Below are positions 51,606 through 63,933 of a stretch of 64,000 nt of DNA, one piece after another. Source of the stretch: Carcharhinus amblyrhynchos (taxonomy: Eukaryota). The position numbers were made by a program, and so were the translations under genes. The notes beneath the pieces were generated by a model that did no database searches, had not been told where the DNA came from, and worked only from the letters and a program-made list of their open reading frames with translations. The DNA lies in contig OZ336873.1 of assembly GCA_965287045.1 (NCBI GenBank), positions 11,036,001-11,100,000 on the forward strand, read 5' to 3'. Position 1 is the first letter of the stretch, and every line of letters begins with the position of its first letter.

Positions 51606-51893
51606 GGTGGCATGATGGCACATTGGTTAGCATTTCTGCCTCACAGCGCCAGGGACCAGGGTTTGATTCCAGCTGTATGGAGTTTGCACATTCTCTCTGT
51701 GATTGCATGGATTTCTTCCAGGTGCCCTGAGTTCTCCACACTCCAAAAATGTGCAGGATAGATGGATTGATCACTGTAAATGTGCAGAGATGTGGGAATA
51801 GGGTGGAACCTGGATAAGATGATCTTTTGGAAAGTTGGTGCAAATTCGATGGGCCGAATGACCTCTTTCTGCATTGTAGAGATTCTATAGTTC
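51606..51893 (+). mobile_element. HE1-like SINE
   Basis: Head, partial core, tail. Confidence 0.8.
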
Positions 51894-51914
51894 TTTGGAA
51901 GCCATTTGTTTTAT

Positions 51915-52400
51915 GATACAAAATAGGCCATTCATCCTCTTGAGCCTGCTCTTCCATTCAATAAAATCATGGCAGATCTGTCTGCATTGAGTTCCACATT
52001 CCCATCCATACCCACTAACTTTGATCCCCTTGTCTAAGAAGAGTATATCAACCTCTGTCTTAAGAATACTCAGTGAACCTACTTCCACCACATTTTGATA
52101 TCCAAAGTCACACAACCCACGGGAAAAAGAATCTTCATCTTGATCCTATAAGGGCGACACCCGATTTTATTACAGTGCCTGCTAATTCAGGATTCACCCA
52201 CATGGGGAAACATCCTTTCAAATTTTCCTTTGTCAAAACCATTCAGGTTCTTATATACTTCAAACTCAAGATCCCTCCCTCTTTTAAACTCCAGTGGAAA
52301 CAAACCCAGCATTTCCAACCAATCCTCAATAGGCAAGCTGCTTATTCAGGTATCAATCTCATAAACATCCTCTGAACTGTCTCCATTGCATTATGTCTGT
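51915..52400 (-). mobile_element. Old CR1 3' remnant
   Basis: aggccattcatcctcttgagcctgctcttccattcaataaaatcatggcagatctg resembles the young CR1 3' UTR. Confidence 0.7.
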
Positions 52401-52512
52401 CCTGGCTCTTCAGAAAGATTATCTAATTAGCTGCACTCCTCTGCAAATTCCTATCAACATTTTTGGCTCAGGTTATCTAAGCTGCGAGGTTACACCCCAA
52501 GTTAACAATGTT

Positions 52513-52839
52513 CATAGAAATCAGAGAAACCTCCCAGTGCAGAAGTAGGCTATTTGGCCCATTCAGTTGGCACTGACAACAATCCTACCCCAGGCCTTAT
52601 CCCTACAACCCACACATTTACCCCACTAATCCCTCTAACCTACACATGTCAGGACGTTAAGAGGCAATTCTGCATGGCCAAACAACCCAACCTGTACATC
52701 TTTGGACGGTAGGAGGAAACCAGAGCAACTGGAGGAAATCCACACAGACATGGGGAGAACATGCAAACTCCACATGTTGACCCAAACTGGGAATTGGACC
52801 CAGGTCCCTGGAGCTGACAGGCAGCAGTGTGCCACTGTG
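52513..52839 (-). mobile_element. HE1-like SINE
   Basis: Head to tail on the minus strand. Confidence 0.88.
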
Positions 52840-54639
52840 CAGTGTTATATTCCGTAATGTTTCTTTTGGAGCAACGTTGGAATTATCCGGATTGCAGAAG
52901 ATAAAATAAATGAATCCATCTGCACCTGAGGTTTCATTAAGCCTTAAGCGGGGAAAGAGTGATAAAACTGACAGAGTGGCAGGAAAGAGCACTGTGTGTA
53001 AGCTACAAAAGTGGTGCACTTTTCTGAAATCTAAAGCTGTAAATTTATGAAAATAGAGCACAGATAAGGAAGAAAATATACTCTTCCTGCCTGTTGTAAA
53101 TGCAAACAACTCCCATCCTCACATCTTTCTACCCATTGCTGTTAACTGAGTACAAGGGTTGAGACCTCCCATTGAGGAGACTTGTTCAAGTATATTTACC
53201 CAAGACTAGACAAGGAGAAGGTCTGTCAGAAACATGTTAATGTCAGGACTCAAGCCAAAATCCATTACTTAAATAAAAGCAAAATGCTGGAAACTCCCAA
53301 AATGTGAAGGTCACAAAAAAACATTCCAATGTAATACATTGTTGGCAGCAATGCCTTAAAATAACTGCAGAAGAGAGAGAGAACAGAAAAATGAACTTTG
53401 CACCCAACATTCTATCAAATTAAACTCAAATATTAAATGCTAGCGAGTCTTCCTCGAAATCTGAATGAGTCAAGAGAACATGCAATGCTGGATGCTGGGA
53501 TTGCTGTAACATTTTTTTCATCTGTGCACAGAATAGTGCAAGTTCACAAAACTTCATCTTGGACTGACCTGCTACTTCTCTGGCAGCTTCTTCTTTGAGC
53601 GTGTCAGGTTGCTTCACCTCCTGTCCTCTTTTTTTAACATCTTCATTTCCTACTCACGCAGTTTGTCATCCAGCTTCTGCATTAGGCAGTCTCATCCGCA
53701 GTGATTCACCTGCTCCTCTTTACTCTGAGTTCACTGCTCTCCTATTTTTCCAATTAAATTCACCAACTCATTCAAACATCTCCACAGCCTTGACATCTTA
53801 TGTGGCCTCTCTATTCCCAATTGTTTCAATCACATATACAATCATCTCTGAGCATCATCCCATATCCCCCAACATTCACGTCCCCTACTCACCCCATTCC
53901 TACCCACATCTATTCTTGGAAAAATCTCTCTCTCCTCCAAATCATTATAATGGCATTTTTAAATCCATAGTGGTCTAACCTTAGGTTAGAATTCTCTCAT
54001 TGTGACCCAACAGGGTGGGTGGGTTAAAACAGCTGGAACTGCCAGTGGATCAGTCATCCAGCAAGAAGTCACTGACTTCCACCTTTAACTTGAGTGCATT
54101 TTACATTGCATAGGAAACCCCCATTGAACAGCCAGTATTTAAGCATTTAAACTGTCCACTGGCTGCTGTCTTAGTCCAGCATTCTGAAGTTAAAGATGTG
54201 GACACAGATTTCTCAGGGTTTGCTAGGGAAAACCAGGTGCGAGGACATTGGGATTTGACATCACTGAGCAACTGTCAAGCCTGGAAAAAGGTATGCGACC
54301 TTAGTATTTAGAGTATTTCTTGCCTGTCAGTTGCTCAGCCTCATACCTCTTTCCAGGCTTAAGTGGAAGGTTTTCACTCATTAGACTTGTTCTAAGAGCC
54401 TGTTTTCATTGCTTCAATACTTGAGGTCCTTTCTACTACCTTGGACAGCCTAGCCTGCGATCTGCGTTTCCCAGCTGTCAGTCTTGACAACAACTTGGGT
54501 CACTTGCGTAGTTCGACTATGGACTTCTGATAAGGAACAAGAAATAGCAACAGTGGGAATAGGAACAGTACCAGCAACAGAGTTCTCAACCACCTGCAGT
54601 CCAGAGAGGGGATGAGAACAGAGCTGAAACTCGCAGAAG

Positions 54640-55020
54640 GCGATATTCCAACACAAGGTATACAAGCACCAGTGTCCCAGGAAGCTCAGGCTTTCCCTTC
54701 AGCTGGTGATTGACATGTGCAACCTCCTGCTAAGTGGATCAGGTGGGCATCCATTGCCTGTGGCTGTTGAGGTCACCAGCTCTTAAACTCTTTGCCTCCA
54801 GATCCTTCCAGGAATCTGTTGGGGATACTTGCCAAGACTCATAATCTACTTCTCATCAGTCTTATCTCATAGGCGACAAATGCCATCTTTGCCAGGACTG
54901 CCGCTTATGTTAACTTCACAACTGGTAAGATCATCCAAAATGAGCCGGCACTTGGACCTGTTATACTGGTGGGCTTTCCACAGTTACAGGAAGCCATAGA
55001 TTACACACGTGACATCCCAG
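54640..55020 (+). pseudogene. Fossil PIF/Harbinger (HARBI1-like) DDE transposase fragment
   Basis: Across frameshifts reads GGHPLPVAVEVTS/LKLFASRSFQESVGD ... NERALG-like ... GFPQLQEAIDYTRDI, compared with Harbinger GFPxVxGAIDCTH(V/I), which holds the first catalytic Asp. Confidence 0.8.
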
Positions 55021-55305
55021 GTGTCTCCGGATCGCCCTGGAGTTTTCAAACAAAAGGAATTTCAGTCCGATATAGAAAGTCCAAATGGCCAAAGCGTTGT
55101 GGCTTTTGTAGGTTGCATGTATCCCTGTTCTGGCTGTTCAGGCTTGGTCAGTATCCTCTGAATCTCGGAACCTTTTAAGACCCTGCCAAAGACTGTCCCA
55201 TCTGTACCTGTTGGGAGATGCAAGAGACACATGTGGGGTTCGGAACGACCAGGAGAGTGTGAAAGGGCTCATTTGGATGCACTTTGAGTAGAGTCCCCAC
55301 TTCCA

Positions 55306-56081
55306 AGGACTATTACTTACGTGGCGAAAAGCTGCAGCAGGCGACGGTGCAGAGGGACCTCGGGGTCCTTGTGCATGAGTCGCAAAAACCCAGCTTGCAG
55401 GTGCAGCAGGTGGTCAGGAAGGCGAATGGGATGCTGGCCTTCATAGCGAGGGGGATTGAATATAAAAGTAGGGAGGTCTTGCTGCAGCTGTATAGGGCAT
55501 TGGTGAGGCCGCAGCTGGAGTACTGTGTGCAGTTTTGGGCGCTGCACCTGCGCAAGGATATTTTGGCCCTGGAGGGAGTGCAGAGGAGGTTTACTAGGCT
55601 GATACCGGAGTTGAGGGGATTGAGCTATGAGGAGAGGCTGAATAAACTAGGCTTGTACTCGTTAGAGTTTAGAAGAATGAGGGGAGATCTCATTGAGACG
55701 TATAAGATGATGAATGGGATGGATAGGATAGAGGTGGAGAGACTCTTCCCGCTCAAAAAAGACAGTAGGACTAGGGGGCACAGCCTCAAGATAAAGGGGA
55801 GGCGGTTTAGAACGGAGTTGAGGAGGAACTTCTTCACTCAAAGGGTGGTGAATCTCTGGAATTCTCTGCCCGTTGAAGTGGTGGAGGCTGCCTCGCTAAA
55901 TATTTTTAAGAAGCGGGTTGATGGGTTCTTGATAAGAGAGGGGATTAAGGGTTATGGGAAGAGGGCGGGAAAGTGGAACTGAGCCACGACAGATCAGCCA
56001 TGATCTTATTGAATGGCGGGGCAGGCTCGAAGGGCTAGATGGCCTACTCCTGCTCCTATTTCTTATGTTCTTATGTTCTTA
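55306..56081 (+). mobile_element. Young CR1 (HER1-like) LINE, 5'-truncated, uninterrupted ORF2 C-terminus
   Basis: ORF 55284-55982; tail ttcttatgttcttatgttcttat. Confidence 0.97.
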
Positions 56082-56630
56082 TCCTGTATCTTTCCTCTCA
56101 AAGTCCATCCACACTTTCCTGCTAACCAACACCTGTAGAGCACTTTTCTGCACTTCTCTCAACCAAAACTGCTCACCACTCCAGAATCACGCTGGAATGC
56201 AAAGGTAACCATTGGCTTCTTTTCTTCACTACCAATAGACTTCTTAAACCCCCTTCCCTTCAAACACATGCAGTGTATGTTACTCACACTGACAACATCA
56301 ACTGACCCTGTTGCATCTCTCTTTGCCCAGAAAGCCAAGCTTTCCACCTGCCCGAACACTGGCCCAGAATTTAATAAGTGCAAATCCAGATCTGCCAGTT
56401 ACCAAGGTCAGATGGGCAGTTAGATAGCACAAGGAATGAAACAAGCTGTAGATAGGTGAGCTTGGATGTTTGCACCAGACATATTGAAGCTGACTGCATG
56501 CCTATGGACATTGTTACTGAGAAGCAGAATGCATTTGGGGCCTACTACCACATCCTTGAGAATCCTGAGGCGACATTGCAAGTTAGGAAAAGAGAGAGTT
56601 CCAGTGGTTGTGATAGGACTGGTAATGAGT

Positions 56631-56975
56631 GGGGTTACATGGTAGCACAGTGGTTAGCACTGCTGCTTCACAGTTCCAGGGACCTGGGTTCGAATTCCGG
56701 CTCGGGTCACTGTCTGTGTGGAATTTGCACATTCTCCCCGTGTCTACATGGGTTTCCTCCAGGTGATCCAGTTTCCTCCCACAGTCCAAAGATATACGGG
56801 CTAGGTTGACTGGTCATTTTAAATTGCCTCTTAGTGTCCCGGGATGCATACGTTAGAGGGATTAGTGGGTAAATATGTAAGGATATAGGGATAGAGTCTG
56901 GGTGGGATTGTGGTTGGTGCAGAATCGATGGGCCAAATGGCCTCTTTCTGCACTATAGGATTCTATGATTCTATG
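56631..56975 (+). mobile_element. HE1-like SINE, full length
   Basis: B box gggttcgaattcc, core and tail. Confidence 0.92.
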
Positions 56976-57799
56976 AGTGGGAGCAGCTTCAGGAAGTCCC
57001 ACAATACTGGGCCCTGTAGGATGGTCCTGTCTAAAATGTGAAGTGATGCAGAGTCATTGAGAAGATCGAGCAGGGATAAGGCAGCACAATCACAGAGGCT
57101 ATCCAATTCAACTTCATAAACCAAATGCCCCAAATATTCTAACTAATGCTTGATTATGGAACATAAGTGTGGATAGCTACCAATCACAAGATAACTCTTT
57201 TTCAGGAAAGGAATAACATGAACGAGTAAAAATGGAAGTGAGAACAGTGTGTTTCTCTTCCAAAAAAAACTGTTCAACGATGAAATTTTACGTGATTTTC
57301 AATCGAGTTCACGCAAACCAGTGAAAAGGAATCATTTTCAATGAAGGACTTATTTTAAAGTTAATATTTAACATTCAGAATGACTTGCCTGGAACAATAA
57401 CTCCACATAATTTTAGAAATGATGAGTATATTGTTAGAGTGAAACAAATATTTTAATCTTCAATGATTGAAGCTTCCAAACTGAAATCTTACTGAAATTA
57501 AGTCATTTGTTTTAGAAATTCATGCAGAAGGGAAGACTTCTATTTCAGGATGCAGCTTCTCCCAACTGCTCACATTTGGTGACAGCTCTGACCAGCAGCA
57601 AGTATTTCTCCAGAAAAGGATGAAGATACCTGTTGAAAGTAACTCCAAGGTTTCAAGAGTGGGATTGACGGAGGTCACAAACCTACTGTCAAATCATCCT
57701 CTATGTTCCAATGTTGATTCAGAACTGGAAAAGGTAGGGAAAATAACTTCTCTTCATACATCATTTTGTAATTTCTTTAATGTAAAAATGGCATTTTCT

Positions 57800-58097
57800 T
57801 AGAATCATACAGTGCAGAAGGATGCCATTTAGCCCATTGAGTCTGCACCCACAATCCCACCCTATCCCTGCAGCCCATGCATTTCGTAGCTAGTCCCCCT
57901 GACACTAAGGGACAACTTACCATGGCCAATCCACCTAACCCACACATCTTTGAACTGTGGGAGGAAACCAGAGCATCCTGAGAAAGCCCACGAAGACACA
58001 GAGAAAATGTGCATATTCCTTACAGACAGTGATCCAATTCGGGAATCAAACCCAGGTCCCTGGAGCTGTGAAGCAGCAGTGCTAATCACTGTGCCAC
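57800..58097 (-). mobile_element. HE1-like SINE
   Basis: Head to tail on the minus strand. Confidence 0.9.
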
Positions 58098-59575
58098 TTT
58101 ACCTTCTTCTGTTTTATTCTGAAATACATTCTTCATCTATAACAGCATTTTTAACAAACTACTTGTAATATGAAAAATAAATAAAGACGGATCAATAGGT
58201 ATTTTTTTCCTGGTCATTCCACATTGCTCCACAAATTAAGGAAAATTCAACCATCAACCCAACATCTTGGTTGCACAAAGTAAAAGAAACAACAACTTAT
58301 AAAGACCCAAGTGCCAAACATCTAAACAATATATCTATAGGGTGTAACAAAAAAAGACCTATCCCAAACAGCACGGCTTCATTTCAAAAAAGAATAATTT
58401 TATTTATTAAAATTGACATTTGCAGATGCTGGTACAGGATTATATTTGCTCATAACAAGAAGTATTGCATAATGATCTAAACGATTTATTTTTAGAGCTG
58501 CTTAAAGTTTTACCTGAGCTTTAGCCTCGAAGAGCAAACCTGAAAATTTGAGATGCAAACATGGGCAATGTATAATTATCAGTAGAGTGCTAACTGAAAT
58601 AGTTAAGAATAGGTGGTGAAATTCCCCAGTCCCTGGCTTCTAATCAAACCCAGCAGGCATCCTAATAAATCACTTAGATGAATTGCTGCTTGCATTATGT
58701 GGATCACGCTTGAAGTGTGACATTCTGAGCCAATTACTTCCCCTTACTTTTTTTCTTAATAATTTCCCTCTTTATTACAACTTTACATATCAGGCATCTC
58801 CCACATCATTTCATTTGAGTTGTTCCAGATACAATATTCTTCTTTTTGGAGGGGGGATTTACGGATGTACAATATGAAGAAGATGGGAAGGGAAAAATCA
58901 ATCTCTTCCTTTTGTTAGGTTCCTACAGCCAACATTACGTTTTCTTTTCACTCTATACACAGTTCCCCCGCCCTGCGCTGGCTACACTCCCAGCATCCCC
59001 ATAATTATCTGATTGATTCACCACATTAACGCGCCAACTGTCCACTCCTCATTGCTGTGATTTTTATTTTTGCACTGCTTCCACTCTGATAAATTATTGC
59101 TGAAATCAATTAATTTAAAAAAAAATGTTGTGTAACACTGTTTCTCTATCGCACAATTTATCGACAAGTTTCCAAAAAAAACAGTACATAGAAGGACAAA
59201 GAGAGCCTGAAAGAAATGCAGAGTACTGCCCCCGGCCAAAAGTCATAACGGAGCCATGCTAAAGAGTGAAAGATGATGAATTTCAGCATGGAAATTTAGT
59301 ATCAGCAAACTTTTCTGCATATCCTGTTAATCAGAGAACAGAAATATCATATTAAGCAGAACACAAAATATGACTTCTAATGACATTCCATTTTGGTGTT
59401 CAAACCTGCTGTGCCACAGAGTGCTAGGATGTAGACTCATTCGCACCTGTGGTTCTCCATACGCTAAGTTTTCAGTCTCAACAGGGCTATCACGGAGAGC
59501 AGCTGTGCAGATGCCAGGCTGTTCTCAAAAGGAAGGCGAGTGTGCATTCCAGCAGAGTAAGAACGCCACTTATAC

Positions 59576-59698
59576 CAGATGCACCACCAAGTAAAAATCG
59601 TAGGCAGATGAAGAGCAGCAAAACCACAAGGCTGGGAAAGCAGCAGGTCTGTCGGAGAAGATCACCTCCACACTTCCTTTCTTGTACTTTGGTTGCAG
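59576..59698 (-). other. Candidate 123-nt symmetric (phase 1-1) exon with a hydrophobic segment
   Basis: Acceptor tttatttcatttgtactcag|C, weak donor CTG|gtataa; encodes ATKVQERKCGGDLLRQTCCFPSLVVLLLFICLRFLLGGAS. Confidence 0.2.
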
Positions 59699-59727
59699 CT
59701 GAGTACAAATGAAATAAATTTGATGCA

Positions 59728-60546
59728 TTGAGGATTTTGAGCCCGCATTCATGTCTGCTGGAACGGTGACACGTGCTCAAAATGCAGAGAGCGCGGTTTG
59801 CGCCGGTGAGGTTCCAAGTTCTGATCTTCCCAGCCTCTCACCAGTAGCGTGGTGTGAAACATGTCACAGGATCACAGAAAGCTCATTTTAATACATTAGA
59901 ATGCATTATGAGCACCCTGACCAGGGCCTCCCGCCTCACCTGAGATTCAGGGGGCACCTGCGTGACATCATATTGGCACCATTTACAACACGTCCACCTA
60001 GGTGTGAAGGCATTGTGGGGGGTCTCCCCGAGGTCATAAAGGTAATTAAAGCCCGGTTGGGTGAGAGGTATGCCAGGCAGTGGCCTGACAATGCCTCCTG
60101 GAATGGCCCCTTGGCACAGGTTTGCTCTGCCAGATGGGCACCATGCTAATCTATAAATGCCAGCCTGTACTAAGGAGTGGTCTCCAGTGGGAGCCTCAAT
60201 TGCAGGAGGGGGGGGGTGCGTGGGGGAATTAATTTAGGTGCAGTGATGATGGGGGAGCTGGGGATGCTGGTGACAACTGGAGGGTGCTGACGAATGAGGG
60301 GGTGGGAGGGTAATGAGCGGGTGAGGTTATGCAGGTTCCGCGTAGCACACCCTTTAAAGATTGAGCCCCAATCTCTGAGTAGCGGGGTTTTGCTGAGGTG
60401 TTGAAGCCCCACCTCCCCTGTATGATGGTGTGAAATAGGCCCCCTTGAATTTTTTTGCCAGTGTCATAAGAACTGGAGAGAAAATCTACTGGTTTCCTCG
60501 TCACAAAAAATGGCAGAGTATTTTTTATGACGAGAAGGTTTCGCCC
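59728..60546. mobile_element. GC-rich non-autonomous Harbinger-like element
   Basis: Internal similarity to 5208-6215; ends gaaggtttcgccc. Confidence 0.6.
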
Positions 60547-60621
60547 ATATTCTGTCTGTCTCAGGGTGTGAGATATTTTCACAATTAACCATTCAGGATC
60601 CTGGTGAGGAAGACAAGATAA

Positions 60622-60741
60622 GGGGGAGAATTTTCCCCTTGTGCCGGTCATGGGAATCGTAACGGGGGGGACCAAACAATGCAAAGGTCCATTGGCGGAA
60701 TTTTCCGGTTTTCAGATGAGTGTGGTCACAAAATCCCGCCC
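60622..60741. mobile_element. Short Harbinger-like MITE
   Basis: ggggagaatttt / aaaatcccgccc with a flanking aag repeat. Confidence 0.65.
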
Positions 60742-61777
60742 AAGTTGTTTTGGATAAAAACACATGTTTGTTCTTCAACTAAATAGCAAAAGTCTTTGAG
60801 GATTAACAAGATTGGTTTAGTCATACATTTCCAGTCATTAATGAGACATCATACTTTGACTGCAACTACATATGATTTCTAAGAGTTTAGTGTAGACACG
60901 TAAGGATTTAGAAGTGAATTTTGCTGGTTACGGGTAGAACGCATTACAAGGATTTACAAGTTGGATGTATCCCTGTCTTGTACCATTTTCCTCATGGCAG
61001 CTTTGTATTGTATTAAGCAGAGATTACCAGGAATCTGGACTGTTCAAATTATGTTAACAAATGTTTCAAGATCGGTTTCCTTTTCCCTTAACTGACGCAA
61101 TTGGAAAAAAATAAATCAGCAAGTTCTAACTTCCATTATTTGCAGAACAGTTGTTCCCTAAAATTATTGGAATTAAAGCCAACCATAAACACTTGAAAAA
61201 TATCTTGCCCACCAGAATTGCAATCCACAAAACCTTTCTAGAAAGGAAATCATTCAAAGGTCCTGAACACAAGTTTCTCCTTTTATTTTTAGGGCAGGGA
61301 AGGGAGGGGGCAGGGTAGTGGATAGGTTCGCTGATGGAAACTGTTCTGAACATAATTTGTTTTAAATCTGTTGATCAGAGCTGACATAAATCCTAGGAAA
61401 CTGCATGTTTTTTTTGGCACCCAATAACCCAATATCAGAATTATAAATTTCCAGGCCGTGTATAGAATGGCTAAATGTAGAAGAATTTTCCCAGTACACC
61501 CATACAGCATTTTCAATGCCTTACACTAACCAGCTAGGTGGCAGCTGAGTGAGGTTGCAATTGGAGTGTCAAGGGATACAATGAACGCACACCCAGCAGA
61601 ACTGGATTGAAGCTTATTCCACATTAGATCATTACAGGGCAAAAAAAACGACAAAACGTGCATTCTGCCTGCCCTGACTGGGGTCAGGATTGAAAGGACA
61701 ATGTGCAGATACACTGCATCACCCATTCCTCAGTTTTTGTTCACCAGGGATGCAGGCTCAATTCTGGCCTTGGGTAA

Positions 61778-62272
61778 GGGTGACACGGTGGCACAGTGGT
61801 TAGCACTGCTGCCTCACAGCCCCAGGGACTTAGGTTCAAATCCAGCCTCAGGCGACAGTTTGTGTGGAATTTACACATCCTCTTTTTTTCTGTGTGAATT
61901 TCCTCCAGGTACTCCGGTTTCCTCCCACATTCCAAAGATATGCGGGTAAGGTTGATTGGCCGTGATAAATTGTCCCTTGGTGTCAGGAGGATTAAGGCTG
62001 TAAAATATGTGGGGTTACAGACATGGGACCTGGATGGGATCAGTGCAAGCTTGATGGGCCTCCTTCTGCGCTGTAGATTCTATCTATTTAACTGTGTGTG
62101 TGGCATTTGCACATTCTACCTGTGGGCTTCCTCCAGGTGCTCCGGTTTTCTCCCACAGTCCAAAGACTTGCAGGTTAGGTGAATTGGCCATAGTAAACAT
62201 GTGGGGTTACAGGGATAGGGCAGGGGAGAGAGTTGGTGCAGACTTGATGGACTGAATGGCCTCCTTCTGCAC
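61778..62272 (+). mobile_element. Tandem HE1-like SINEs (full 61778-62084, 5'-truncated 62092-62272)
   Basis: Two cores and two cctccttctgc tails, head to tail. Confidence 0.85.
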
Positions 62273-62599
62273 CGGAGTGAATTTGTTTCCACATCTCAAT
62301 CTAATATTTTTCCACTTAGCATGGTTTTAAAAATCATGGTGAACGTAACTTTGGAACTGTCAACACACTGTTTCATTAGGCATAAGATGCTCTTATACTA
62401 AGCTGAAACAGCACTGGGTTCACTGTCAGCCGCTGCAATTCAAGCATAAAATTGTGAGGACCCTCCAAGACCAGCTATAAAGAAGACCCATTTTTCGTCA
62501 CTTTTCCAGGCCACAGGTGGTTACTTGGCTCGAACTGGCTGTCCACCATCGTGTGGAGGAAATCAAAAAGGGAAGCATAAATAAAAAATAATCACCATT

Positions 62600-62850
62600 A
62601 AATTGAACTGAGAATTCAGAAGACATTTCTTTACCCAGAGATGGGTTAGGTTGTGGAACTTACTACCACAGTGAGAAATTGAGGTGAATAGTGGGGGTGC
62701 ATATAAGGAGAAGTGAGGTGAACACACAAGGGACAAGAAAACGGAAGGTTATGCTGTTAGGATTAGACAAAACAGAGCGGGAGTTTATCCGATCAACATA
62801 AACACCAGCATGGGCTAGTCTGAGCAGCGCTGTACATTCTATATCATTCT
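62600..62850 (+). mobile_element. Old CR1 3' remnant
   Basis: gaagacatttctttacccagagatgggttaggttgtggaacttactacca resembles the RRNFFTQRVVNLWNSLP coding sequence. Confidence 0.6.
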
Positions 62851-62854
62851 ATAT

Positions 62855-63005
62855 AAAAAGAGACATGCTATCAAATCCTTTTGTTTTGCGCTCATCAGCA
62901 CGGTCTCAAGAATGCCAAATGTTTACTGATGAATGCAAGACAAAAAGCTTTGACTGCATGTCTCTTTTTTCAGCAATACTCAAGTTCTGTATTACCGAAT
63001 GACTA
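62855..63005. mobile_element. Penelope-derived inverted element (family C) with hammerhead-like cores on both strands
   Basis: Arms 62855-62898 / 62926-62969; + strand CTGATGAatgcaagacaaaaagctttgac; flanked by attctatata / attctatgta. Confidence 0.7.
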
Positions 63006-63822
63006 ATTCTATGTACACCACATTTGGAAACCTGGTGCCTTTAGAAATACATGGATAAAAAATGAGAGCTAAGACATGTTTTCAATATTTTCTATTGCAT
63101 GTAAAGTCAAAAAGCTACAATTTCTACACAACACAGAAGTAGACATATGAAATATGTTAATGGTTATGAATTATATTAGTTTCTGGATTATATTGCGTGC
63201 AGTGTTATGGAATTTGAAAATTATATTTTTGAGTTCAGCACTTTTTTATGGACACCAGAGTAATTTACTTTAATAAAATGTTGAATTGCAATATTCCCAA
63301 AGTGACTGTACAGAAGATGCTACATAAACAGCTACATGATATTAGTCTCCCAGTCCCCATGCACATTGACCTATTGTTCTCAATATTAGCCAGCAAACAC
63401 TTAGCGCATTCTTATGACTTTGCTCTGTCCAATTTTAATAGCAGTGTTAATCTGTTTTATGCAAATTGATCATACAAAACGGCCCAGAAGCAATCCCTCC
63501 GTTACTGCACTCGGCATTAATTTCCATGTTGATGTTACTCTCTTAATTACCAGAACTTTGCATTGCTTTATTCAATCAGTTACTTCTCCATTTCAAAACT
63601 TCTTCCCCATTCTGTGCTTTTCCAACAATGTGTTAAATACTATTCTCTGATGTGGCACTCTGTAGTCTAGAAATATAACATTTACTGAGTTTGTCTCATC
63701 AACACAGTTAATTCTCAAAAAAACTCCAGTAAATGTATCAATCAAGCTCTATCACTTGTTGACTACTTATTAATATGTTCGATGTCCCCTGATGCCTTTC
63801 AATGGCTTTCTCCCAAATGCTG

Positions 63823-63933
63823 AAAGTGGAACTGAGCAGCGACAGATCAGCTATGATCTTATTGAATGGCGGGGCAGGCTCGAAGGGCTGGATGGCCTAC
63901 TCCTGCTCCTATTTCTTATGTTCTTATGTTCTT
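63823..63933 (+). mobile_element. Young CR1 3' UTR-only insertion
   Basis: aaagtggaactgag...cctatttcttatgttcttatgttctt, nearly identical to 55971-56079. Confidence 0.95.

Noticed and set aside
55284-55982. 232-aa ORF (and the 211-aa ORF at 49557-50192) as host genes
   Set aside because: They are CR1 ORF2 C-termini from 5'-truncated copies, with no true start and no RT catalytic core
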